Assembly (NCBI GenBank): GCA_964016885.1 | Contig: OZ024747.1 | Coordinates: 87,048,001-87,112,000 of the forward strand | DNA length: 64,000 nt | From: Eledone cirrhosa | Taxonomy: Eukaryota | Direction of reading: 5' to 3' | Shown: positions 29,811 to 48,911 of the stretch, in pieces | Position numbering within the stretch: the stretch's first letter is position 1 | How the letters are laid out: the number at the start of each line of letters is the position of its first letter | Translations under genes and position numbers: made by a program | The notes under the pieces: model-generated | What the model was told of the DNA's origin: nothing | The model's database searches: none | The model's input: only the letters and a program-made list of their open reading frames with translations

Positions 29811-29894
29811 GTGAGCCATGTCACCCTAGCTGTCACCATAATGTCACAAAACAACGAAATTGTTGGGGCACTGGTCCAGATATGTGCCAAAATT
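29811..29894 (+). CDS. EGFR: EGFR/ErbB-family receptor, internal exon (start of furin-like Cys-rich domain)
   Basis: Acceptor atttacag, donor gtgagt, 84 bp, phase 1/1. Translates CEPCHPSCHHNVTKQRNCWGTGPDMCQN. Confidence 0.92.
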
Positions 29895-30068
29895 GTGAGT
29901 TATATCCTATTTTAAACTTACTTGGTGTTATAAGATTTCATTAGTCACCTCTTAATTTAGATTATTCCATATGTTTTGATTAAATTAATAAAGGCAATAA
30001 AGTTCTGGATGGTTACTTTTAAAGTGTGGCAATCAAGGTTTTTGATATGAAATTTAGTGTGTTTGCTT

Positions 30069-30654
30069 ATATATGTATATATATATATATGTATATATGT
30101 ATGTCATCATTTTACGTCCGCTTTTCCCTGCTTGCAAGGGTGTATATATATATATATGTATATATGTATATGTATATATGTATATGTATATGTATATATG
30201 TATATGTATATATGTATATGTATATATGTATATGTATATATGTATATATGTATATGTATATATATGTATATATATATATGTATATATATATATGTATATG
30301 TATATATGTATATATATATATGTATATATATATATATGTATATGTATATGTATATGTATGTATATATATGTATATGTATATATATGTATATATATGTATA
30401 TGTATATGTATGTATATATATGTATATGTATATATATGTATATGTATGTATATATATGTATATGTATGTATATATATGTATATGTATGTATATATATGTA
30501 TATGTATATATATGTATATATATGTATATGTATATGTATGTATATGTATATATATGTATATATATGTATATGTATATATATGTATATATATGTATATGTA
30601 TATATATGTATATGTATATATATGTATATGTATATATATGTATATATGTATATG

Positions 30655-30685
<31 letters not shown>

Positions 30686-30708
30686 GTGTATATATATATA
30701 TATGTGTG

Positions 30709-30741
<33 letters not shown>

Positions 30742-31774
30742 GTGTATATGTATATATATATGTATATGTATATATATATATATGTATATGTATATGTATA
30801 TATATATATGTATATGTATATGTATATATATGTATATATATGTATATATATGTATATATATGTATATATATGTATATATATGTATATATATGTATATATA
30901 TGTATATATATGTATATATATATGTATATATATGTATATATATATATGTATATATATGTATATATATGTATATATATGTATATATATATGTATATATATA
31001 TGTATATATATATGTATATATATATGTATATATATATGTATATATATGTATATATATGTATATATATATGTATATATATGTATATATATATGTATATATA
31101 TGTATATATATATGTATATATATATGTGTATATATATGTATATATATGTATATATATGTGTATATATATGTATATGTATATATATATGTATATATATGTA
31201 TATATATATGTATATATATATATATGTATATATATGTATATATATATGTATATATATGTATATATATATGTGTATATATATGTATATATATATGTATATA
31301 TATATGTATATATATATGTATATATATATGTATATATGTATATACATGTATATATATATATATGTATATATATGTATATATATATGTATATATATGTATA
31401 TATATATGTATATATATGTATATATATATGTATATATATATGTATATATATGTATATATATGTATATATATGTATATATATATGTATATATATGTATATA
31501 TATATGTATATATATATGTATATATATGTATATATATGTATATATATGTATATATATATGTATATATATATGTATATATATGTATATATATATGTATATA
31601 TATATGTATATATATGTATATATATGTATATATGTATATATATGTGTATATATATATATGTATATATGTATATATATATATGTGTATGTATATATATATA
31701 TGTGTATATATATATATGTATATATGTATATATATATATATGTATATATATATGTATATATGTATATATATATG

Positions 31775-31805
<31 letters not shown>

Positions 31806-32019
31806 GTATATATATGTATATGTATATGTATATGTATATATATGTATATGTATATATATACATATGTATATATATGTATATGTATATATATATGTATATG
31901 TATATATATGTATATGTATATATATACATATGTATATATATGTCTATGTATATATATATGTATATATATGTATATATATATATATATGTATATATATGTA
32001 TATGTATATATATATGTAT
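30069..32019. repeat. (TA)n/TATG microsatellite, including a 40-bp RTE tail at 30104-30141
   Basis: Alternating tract with G-type interruptions. Confidence 0.97.
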
Positions 32020-32533
32020 TAGAAAAACATGGGATGAGCTGATAGACCTAGAAAAACATGGGATGAGCTGATAAACTCCGACCTCACACACTTACACCTC
32101 TCCAAGACAATGTCACTGGACCGTGACCTTTGGCGGTACTCAGTAACAGAGAAGACCCGCCTTGCCAGTAGGCATCTCTAACAAAATACACCCCTCCCGC
32201 CGCCACCCCCACCCCATCCACACCACCCCGTTCTATGTAAAGTTATGTTGGTGCCGCGCCATCCAGGCCGAAACAAATGAGATCGTGTAGGTGTCACGAC
32301 AAAAAACACACAGTCCACGCTGTAATGTGGCCGTGTAGGCAACACGGTAAAAACCTCCCAGACCCACACTGTAAATGTGGTTGGTGTTAGGAAGGGCATC
32401 CAACTGTAGAAAACCTGCCAGACAGTCCTATGCGAGCAAGACAATCACTCTTGCCTCAAGTGGGACTACCCCCGTCCAAACCCATGCAAGCGTGGAACAC
32501 GGACGTTAAACGTTGATGATGATGATGATGATG
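32020..32533 (+). mobile_element. RTE family B 3' end
   Basis: [14 protein letters not shown]...RDLWRYSV plus 3' UTR and (GAT)n, homologous to 48912-49535 (-). A 25-bp sequence is duplicated at the 5' junction (32020-32044 and 32049-32073). Confidence 0.9.
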
Positions 32534-32598
32534 ATATATATATGTATATGTATATATATATGTATATGTATATATATATGTATATGTATATATATATG

Positions 32599-32631
<33 letters not shown>

Positions 32632-32654
32632 GTATATATATATATATATATGTG

Positions 32655-32703
<49 letters not shown>

Positions 32704-32798
32704 GTATATATATATATGTATATGTATATGTATATATATATATGTATATATATGTATATATATATATGTATATGTATATATATATATATGTATATATG

Positions 32799-32845
<47 letters not shown>

Positions 32846-33424
32846 GTATATGTATATATGTATATGTATATGTATGTATATGTATATATATGTATGTATA
32901 TGTATATATATATATGTATGTATATATATATATGTATATATATGTATATGTATATATATATATGTATGTATATGTATATATATATATGTATATGTATATA
33001 TATATATATGTATGTATATGTATATGTATATATATGTATGTATATGTATATATATATGTATATATATGTATATATATGTATATATATATGTATATATATA
33101 TGTATATATATATGTATATATATGTATATATATGTATATATATGTGTATATATATATGTATATATATGTATATATATATGTATATATATGTGTATATATA
33201 TGTGTATATATATGTGTATATATATGTGTATATATATGTGTATATATATGTATATATATGTGTATATATATGTATATATATACATATATGTATATATATG
33301 TATATATGTATATATATATGTATATATATATATATGTATATATATGTATATATATATATATATGTATATATATGTATATATGTATATATATATGTATATA
33401 TATATGTATATATATGTATATATG

Positions 33425-33459
<35 letters not shown>

Positions 33460-33474
33460 GTATATATATATGTG

Positions 33475-33523
<49 letters not shown>

Positions 33524-33585
33524 GTGTATATATATATGTATATATATGTATATATATGTATATGTATATATATGTATATATATGT

Positions 33586-33653
<68 letters not shown>

Positions 33654-33728
33654 GTATATATATATGTATATGTATATGTATATGTGTATATGTATATGTG
33701 TATATGTATATGTATATGTATATATATG

Positions 33729-33763
<35 letters not shown>
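32534..33763. repeat. (TA)n/TATG microsatellite
   Basis: Alternating tract. Confidence 0.97.
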
Positions 33764-33766
<3 letters not shown>

Positions 33767-33988
33767 GGAACCAGTAAGACCCCGACAGCTGAGCTCAAGC
33801 CGTTTTGACGGCTAATTCTGGACGTCCAGAATTAGCCGTCCAGGATTAGTGTCCAGAATTAGCCGTCGAAACGGCTTGAGCTCAGCTGTCGGGGACTTAC
33901 TGGTTCCTATTACCCACTCTACTACCTCAAGTATTGAGTACTTTGGTGCGTTGTGGTCCACCTGGTTCCTTACCACATTTCCTTCGTT
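33764..33988. mobile_element. Fold-back element terminus with complex centre, family P4 (probably Penelope-like)
   Basis: 60-bp inverted arms at 33764-33823 and 33851-33910 with 2 mismatches. The right arm is extended 78 bp to (TA)n. Both ends lie in (TA)n. Confidence 0.5.
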
Positions 33989-37112
<3,124 letters not shown>

Positions 37113-37114
37113 GT

Positions 37115-40100
37115 GTTATATAATTTGTCAACTCTTATTAATGGTCAGTCCACTTCTACAAACTTCTACGAAATGTAATGTAAAAATACCATTTTCTCCT
37201 TGGCTCCCCACCCTTCGGTTCATTCATCCATATAGCTGTATAATCGCCCAGAATCCAAATCCTACTTCTTAATTGCTATTCTATAATTCTGTCTGACTCT
37301 TCTAAATAATCTTCTCCTCGCTAACTACTGAATACCCCTCCCACCCGCCCCCCTCTCCACCTTTATTATTTGGATCAATCACAAGTCAACGGCCTATGCT
37401 ATCACTTCTGGTTGCTTTTCGATATGATGTATGGACTAAGGTATTTCTGGAGAGCCTGAAGAAACTGGACACTCAAAGACAATGCCAAAGATAACGACAA
37501 ATTCACCTCATGCCGCCGGACGAAAGGGCAAGGCTCTCTCCTCTTTGTTGCGGTCGCGGATGGCCAACATAACCCCATCCCCCTCACCCCTCCCTGCGCC
37601 TCAGCCACCAAACGCAATCCAAAACTTAAGAGTTGGTACCATGGATGTAGGCACCTTAAAAGGCCGCTCTAACGAGGTTATAGAAAAGCTTGAACGTAAG
37701 GAAGTTGATGTTTGCTGTATCCAAGAGACCAGGTGGAGGGGCGGGTCTGCTAGATTCATTGGGGGTAAAAAACGATGCTATAAGCTTTTCTGGGTGGGAA
37801 ATGACAATGGGCTGGGTGGAGTAGGATTCATGGTAGCAGAAAAGTGGGCAGATAAGATAATAGACGTAAATAGAGTGAACGACAGAATAATTAAAATAAG
37901 ACTTGTCCTCAATAGAACTACGGTGACAGTAATATCTGCGTACGCACCCCAATCCAGACTGCCCAGCACTATAAAAGACAGATTCTATGAGACACTGATG
38001 CTCACTACCTCCCAAATAACCGACAGTGACTACATAATTATTGCAGGTGACCTAAATGGTCACGTTGGACAACATTGTGACGGCTACGACAGAATCCATG
38101 GAGGCTATGGGTTTGGTACTAGAAATGAGGAAGGCTCCAGAATCCTGGAATTCTGTGACGCAAATAACCTAACCATCTGTAACACTAACTTCAAAAAACG
38201 AGACAATCACCTGATCACCTATAGATCGGGGGAACACACAAGCCAGGTAGATTATATCCTTACCAGAAGACGTGACAGAGTGTCTGTTGTAAACACTAAA
38301 TCCCTCCCCCATGAAGAATGCACCTCCCAACATAGACTGATAATTAGCGACCTAATAGTCAGGACAAGACGTACTAGACAGCAGAAGAGGACTATCCTCA
38401 GGAGAAAAATATGGAAGCTAAAGGACCCCACAGCCAGAAATAAATTTAAAAGCATACTACTTGATGCTTTCGACAGTAAGGAAGAGCAATTAGTCGTACA
38501 ATATAGAGGAACAGTGGGAATTCCTGAAAGCAAACCTGCTGATGGAGGCAGACGAAGTTTGTGGCTGGAGCAGGCCTGTAGGCAGGAGGAGAGTAACATG
38601 GTGGTAGAACAGTAAGGTGGAGGGGTCAATTAAGGCCAAAAAGCAGGCTTGGAAAGTATGGCGGGATGGGGGAAGTAGAGAAGACTATCATGTGGCCAGG
38701 AGGGAAGCTAGGAGACAAGTGTACTTCGCAAGAAGGGAAGCAGAGGAAAGAAAGTTCAAGCATGTTCTACAACGCGAGGACCAAAAACGTGAGGTGTTCA
38801 GGATTGCTAGGCAATGTGTCAAGGAAAACCGTGATATTGTCGGGGAGAAGTGTGTACTTAATGATGATGGCGTACTTGCCATCACCGACGCTGATAAGAA
38901 GGTAGTTTGGAAGTGTCACTACGAAAGGCTACTAAATGAGGAGAATAAATGGGAGAAAGACAGTCTCCCCCACATCGACCCAATAGAGGGACCAGCAGTG
39001 TTAGTCGAGGGTAGTATAATAAGTAAGGCAATCAAAGATATGAAGACGGGTAAGGCGGCTGGGCCTTCGGAAATAGTTGCTGAGATGCTGAAGGCATCTG
39101 GAACGGTGGGACACACCATGGTCACCCGGATAGTAAACCAAGTCGTGCAGAATGGGGTTGTTCCGAAGGACTGGCGTAGCAGCATCATCATTAACTGTTA
39201 TAAGGGTAAAGGAGATGCCCTAGATAGGAGTAACTATAGAGGCATTAAATTAATCAACCAGGTCATGAAGGTCACGGAAAAAGTAATAGCGCAACTAATC
39301 AGAGAGAGAATTGATCTAGATGAAATGCAGTTCGGGTTTGTGTCAGGCAAAAGTACCACAGACGCTCTTTTCATTGTACGACAACTACAGGAGAAGTACC
39401 TAGCTAAAAGTAAACCCCTATACTTAGCTTTTGTCGACTTGGAGAAAGCCTTCGACAGAGTCCCCCGTTCCATTTTCTGGTGGGCTCTTAGAAAACTAGG
39501 TGTAGACAAATGGCTTGTGAGAGCTATACAAGCCATGTATAAAGAAACAGTCAGCAAGGTTAGAATTAACAACGAATATAGTGAAGAGTTTAGCGTAAAA
39601 GTTGGTGTCCATCAGGGCTCTGTTCTTAGCCCCCTACTATTTATTATTGCCCTTCAGGCTATAACAGAGGAGTTCAAGACCGGCTGCCCATGGGAACTCC
39701 TATACGCAGATGATCTAACGCTCATAGCTGAATCGATGGCCGAGCTAGAGAAGAAATTCCAAACATGGAAGCAAGGCCTAGAATCAAAAGGCCTTAAAAT
39801 TAACCTGGCTAAGACTAAAGTTCTAGTTTGTAAGAAAGAAAATAAGGCGGCGGTCCCTTCCGGGAAGTGGCCATGCTCAGTGTGTGGGAAAGGTGTAGGT
39901 AGAAACTCCATTTTATGTCCCAAATGCAAAGTATGGGTGCATAAAAGATGTAGTGGGATCACAGGTAAGCTAACTAAGAACATAGATTTTACATGTGGCC
40001 GGTGCTCTGGTGCAATAAGTAGCTCTTTCAATTGCGCAGAGGGTTCTATAGAAATAGTGGACAGCTTCAGTTACCTGGGTGACAAAATCAGCAGTGGTGG

Positions 40101-40414
40101 AGGGTGCTCTGAAAGTACAGTAGCTAGAGTCAGAACTGATGGAATAAGTTCAGAGAGCTTATACCACTATTAGCCGCTAAAGGGTTCTCCCTAAAAATGA
40201 AAGGCAGGTTGTATGATGCCTGCATACGAACAGCAATGTTGCATGGCAGTGAGACCTGGGTATTGTGCGCAGAGGATATACGCAGAATAGAGAGGAACGA
40301 AGCTTGCATGCTCTGCTGGATGTGTAATAGTAATATACGTGAACGGCAAAGCATAAACGAACTAAGGAAAAAATTAGAAATAAGAGGGATCAGATGTTGT
40401 TTACTCGAGAGAAG
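37115..40414 (+). mobile_element. RTE-clade LINE family B, copy 1 (5' UTR and ORF start present, 3' end missing)
   Basis: ATG at 37482. APE motifs LRVGTMDVGTL, CIQETRW, SAYAPQ, GDLNGHVG, QVDYIL; RT motifs FVDLEKAFD, LYADDL. Frameshifts at ~38493 and ~40140, stop at ~38605. Ends abruptly at (TA)n after CCLLER. Confidence 0.93.
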
Positions 40415-40416
40415 TA

Positions 40417-41525
<1,109 letters not shown>

Positions 41526-42131
41526 TGGTGGCTGCCAACTCGTTTTCGAGTACGGCCACTACTTTATATCCATGTAGGAGAACTACCGATGCCCTGAACA
41601 AGTGTGACTTTTTAGTCCAGCCAGCGTATTGAAAACTCTGGTACAAACACTACACTTGTGACAATTATTGACACATAGTGCTGGGCCCATGGTACCATGT
41701 GACGACAAGTGCAGAGAGATCTCCAGATATAAAGCAATGCCTGTGCCGTGAAGCTTTTATAGTGAGCAAAGGCACTGCACAAAGCCAGTCCCACTCTCTT
41801 AACCAAGATGATATTTACCAAAAAGAAGAACAAGTCAACATCATTGGATACCATCAGGGTTGCAGGTATTATATTAGAGTTTTCCTTCTCCTAGAATTCT
41901 GCCTTGACAAAGGCTAAGGGGTCATCTCTCCCGGTGATTTTGGATGGCCATTGACTCTTAAGAGCTCCTTTGCCCTTTGACAGGTTTTGTTTTTAGTCCT
42001 GCAGGATGTCCGAAGTCACCCTCCTCACCAAGAAACCTTGGTGGGGTTGCCAGTTTAGTCGCCAACGACCCGACCATGAGACAGGTTGTACTGGGATACA
42101 TGTTACCAGTAGCACCAACTGGTGACCTGAC
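41526..42131 (-). mobile_element. 610-bp bipartite element, copy 2 (inverted)
   Basis: Reverse complement of 35752-36360 with scattered substitutions and small indels. The ORF track shows mirrored peptides (36029..36271 + and 41612..41854 -). Confidence 0.75.
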
Positions 42132-44781
<2,650 letters not shown>

Positions 44782-44783
<2 letters not shown>

Positions 44784-47700
44784 AAGGCGGGTAAAATTCC
44801 CAAGATCCATGGACGAGTTCTCTCCAGAGGTGTCTGTCCCTCATTATCGCTGCCATGTCCTGCGTCTCCAACAGCCCAGTGTCTGTCCTTAGGGCATCAA
44901 CATACGTTAACCTTGGTCTTCCTCTTCTAGTGTGTCCATGTAGGGGCTCCCACAGGAGCACTAAGTACAATGTCAACTCTGGATGTCGGTGAGCATGTCC
45001 AGCTAACCTCAGTCTCCTCTGTGTTACTTTTGAGCTGACTTTTGGGATGCTCCCATACAGCTCTGAGTTATTCATCCTCAGTGTATACTGATTAATGTTC
45101 AGAGCCATCCTCAGCATTCTTGTGTAGCACCCATCCACCATCTGAGTGAGTTTCTTGGTCAGTGTCCAAGTCTCAGACCGATACAGCAGCACAGACTCCA
45201 CTACAGCAATGAATAGGCTGATTTTCAGGTCTTTACGAAGGTCCGACTTCCACACCGATCTCAAGCTGTGGCACGCTGCCCAGGCTTTGCTCTTCCTCTC
45301 AACCACATCATCTTCCGTATTCCCAATCTTTGCTCCCAAATACAGGAAGCCCTCAACCAATTCTAGCGGCTTCCCGCCTACATTAGTGATCCCCTCTGGC
45401 TTCTCAACATTCTCTACCAGATATTTTGTTTTAGTCTTATTCATTCTCAGCCCCACACTCATCGACACAGTCTCAACCTCCCGCATCAAATCCTCTGCCT
45501 CCTTCACTGTATTTGTCACCAAAACTATGTCGTCGGCAAATTCAGCATCCGATACCTTTTTCGCCCTAACTCTCCTGCTCTGAGCCGGTGCTACAGTAAA
45601 GCCAGAGTCCTGGTGTTTCTCCAGTGCAAGGTGCATACAATAGTCCACTACAATGATAAAAAGGTAGGGAGCCAATGTATCTCCCTGGAGCACTCCAGCC
45701 ACTATCTCAAAGAACTCTGTCATCCCATCAGGTGTAATGACTTGGGTGTTGGTGTAGATCAGTGATATCAGGTCCACTATCTTCTTAGGGATTCCATAAG
45801 CCTGTAAGATCTTCATCAGGCAGTAATGGTCCACAGAATCAAAGGCCTTCCTAAAGTCAATGAAAACCATGACCGCAGGAAGGCACTTTGCTCTAGCTCC
45901 CTCTAATATCCTCCTCAGCATCAGGATGTGACTGGTGGTTGATCTTCCCTCTCTGAAGCCGTTCTGGTTGTCCCTGAGCTTCTTCTCCATCTCAAGCTGG
46001 ATCCTGTTAAGAATCAACCTGTTGAGGGTCTTCGCCACAAGTGATGTCAATGAGATCCCCCTGTAGTTGTTGGTGTTAGAGAGATCTCCCTACTTTGGCA
46101 CTGGGACGATGTTACTGATCTTCCACTGATTCGGGGCAACTCCTTTCTCCAGTGCCTGGTTACAGAACCCCAGGATGATATCATCAAAATCACACCTCTT
46201 CATCACCACTGATGCCACTCCACCTTCTCCATGAGCCTTGCCCTCTTGATCCTCTTCTTGGCTCTCTGAAGCTCCTCTCTGGTGAAGGGCTCTGTCTCAT
46301 CATCCAGTTCCTCAAACAGCCGCCCGATCTCCCCAGTGCTCTGGGCTGTGGAGGGTGGCTCTCCTAGTAGGATCCTAAAATAGTCTAGCCATTTCCTCTT
46401 CCTATCCTCGGGCCCCGTTCCCTGGATCTGACTCGAACACCTTCTCTTCCTTCCTGTGATCTCGTTGATGATCATCCAGCTCTCCTTACATCCAGATCTG
46501 GCAACCGCTCTCTCCACACTTCTGATCTTTATCAGTGCCTTCTCTCTGACCTCAGTGTAAGCGGTACAGAGTTATTCCCTCATCACCTCCACAGTCTCCA
46601 TCCTCTCCTCCATAGGATCAGCATAGAATTGGTCCTTGGCAGCTTTCAGGTGTTCTCTGGATGCACACACTTTTGGGTTTGCAGATCTGACGTGCTTCCT
46701 TTTGTTCTTTTTCCTCGGCACCAGGGTTTCACTTGCTTCCACCACTGCATTGGTGAAGTGCCCGTACCTCCTCGTCACACTCTCATCAGTCCATCCAATC
46801 TCTCTCTCCTCTGACTCTCCACACAGAGCACTAAACCTGTTTCTCACTTCCACTGTGAACCTCTCCTGTAGCTTATCATCTTCCTTGAAAGCTCCCCAGT
46901 CATAGATTGCTCTCCGGGGCCGAGCCTTGCTCTTTCTTAAGCTCACCTGGACCTCACTCATAACAAGCCGGTAGTCACTACCCAGTGTACTGAAATAGTT
47001 GTATGGTTCTGTGTTCAGAACACTATTCTGACACTTTTTCCTCACCAGAATGAAATCAACCTGGGACTTAGACAGGTGCATATCTGAGATGTAGGTCCAC
47101 ATCTTCCCCAGATTCTTTCTAAACCTTAGGTTGGTTGCTATCAAGTTCGCCTCCAGCAGGGTGTCTCTCGGTAGTCTTCCATTTCGGTTGGTGTTGTTAT
47201 GGAAGTACCAGCAAGAATCTTCACTGCCCTCCTTACTCAGATGTGCATTGAAGTCCCCCAAAACAAGCAGGATATTGTGTGCCAAAACAAGCAGGATATT
47301 GTGTGCCATCACTGTCCCCCTCAGTTGGACTATAGGCTGAGATGACTATCAGTCTTGGGTTTCCATTGAAGGTCACCCTCAACACTCGCGGGGAGACAGG
47401 CATTATTTGCCTCACCAATAGATTCGTTTTTGCACTGAACACAAAACCCACTCCTCCTACTGCAGCATTTGTTGTGTTACTCACTGCCGATGTAGTGATG
47501 AGCTGACTCCTCTTCCCGATCATCACACTCCTCACGGGCTCATCGTGTAGGATGCTGTGTTCTTGGATCGCAAGTATCTGTATACCACTCTCCTCGAACA
47601 GATGTCCGAATAGTCCTCACATTCAAAGTGCCCATTTTGATGGTTCTTCTGCAGGACAAAACTGCATTCTTTATATTTGTCTCAGAGACAGCTGATAAAG

Positions 47701-48026
47701 CATTCACTGGCCCTCTCTGTGGCTCTAAGCCAGCAGAGTCATAACAACCAGGCTGCTCCTTGACAGTGTAATTAGGGGCTCTAACCCTAGTGCTGTTAGA
47801 TCGACTCTCCATATTTCTTTTCAATGGCTGACAATACCTTACCGGCGCCACTCGAATAAGGTAGTTATTTAATCCATAAATGGAGCCCTAACAGGTACTA
47901 CTACTCCGGGCCAGGGCAGACCTGGGAGTCATGACAACTAAGGGGTAACTCCACATTCCCCACAACTCCTGAACTCCTGAACTGGAGCCTTGCCACTGGA
48001 TGTAGTTTAATGTCATACCCAGGACA
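44782..48026 (-). mobile_element. Near full-length degenerate RTE-group LINE (Proto2/RTEX-like)
   Basis: Fragmented ORF from 47851 to 44782: [74 protein letters not shown]. Several frameshifts and a 24-bp duplication at 47258-47305. The stop codon is followed directly by (TA)n. Confidence 0.85.
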
Positions 48027-48064
<38 letters not shown>

Positions 48065-48089
48065 CATATTTATACATATTTATATATAT

Positions 48090-48186
<97 letters not shown>

Positions 48187-48430
48187 TATGTATATATATA
48201 TATGTATATATATATATGTATATATATATGTATATATATATATATGTATATATATATGTATATATGTATATAAGTTGTAATAAAATGAAAACGAAATTTC
48301 ATTTCTCACTCTTAGTACGGCACTTACTATATATATATATATATATATATATACGTATATATACATATATATATATACGTATATATACATATATACATAT
48401 ATATATACATATACATATATAGATATATAC

Positions 48431-48462
<32 letters not shown>

Positions 48463-48478
48463 ATATACATATACATAT

Positions 48479-48512
<34 letters not shown>

Positions 48513-48521
48513 ATATGCATA

Positions 48522-48552
<31 letters not shown>

Positions 48553-48590
48553 TTCTCTTCTTCTTCTTCTTCTTCTTCTTCTTCTTCTTC
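48027..48590. repeat. Interrupted (TA)n tracts followed by (CTT)n
   Basis: (TA)n at 48027-48270 and 48328-48551; (CTT)n at 48556-48590. Confidence 0.92.
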
Positions 48591-48911
48591 CCCCCGTTAG
48601 ACTTGTGCGAAATTCCTTCCTTGCTCACATTTCAACCAGGTTTGATGGTCTTTTGTCTCTTGTTCACGATTTCACCGAGTTTATATTCATAGAGATCTGG
48701 GACTTGTCTATTTCTTCTCACTTTCCGTTGCTTAAACCATTTTGTTTGTTACCCTAACGTCCCCTTTATTTACGTGTCCCAACGACTTTTTTTAGCCGTT
48801 GTTCGCACCAACATGTGGTATATGGCCCTTAAAGCGATGAAATGCCTGGGACGGTTGGAGGGTCACTGATGAAGGACTTACTTTTTCATATACATATATA
48901 TATATATATAT

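Noticed and set aside
24479-29894. Insulin-receptor-family assignment for the L-domain exons
   Set aside because: GNLEI, DLSF..I.EITGYVLI, NLRIIRG..LF and CWG.GP..CQ fit ErbB receptors better. The precise orthologue or paralogue cannot be determined here.
48860-48885. CTGATGA as a further hammerhead
   Set aside because: No downstream stem II closure or GAAA before the TA tract.
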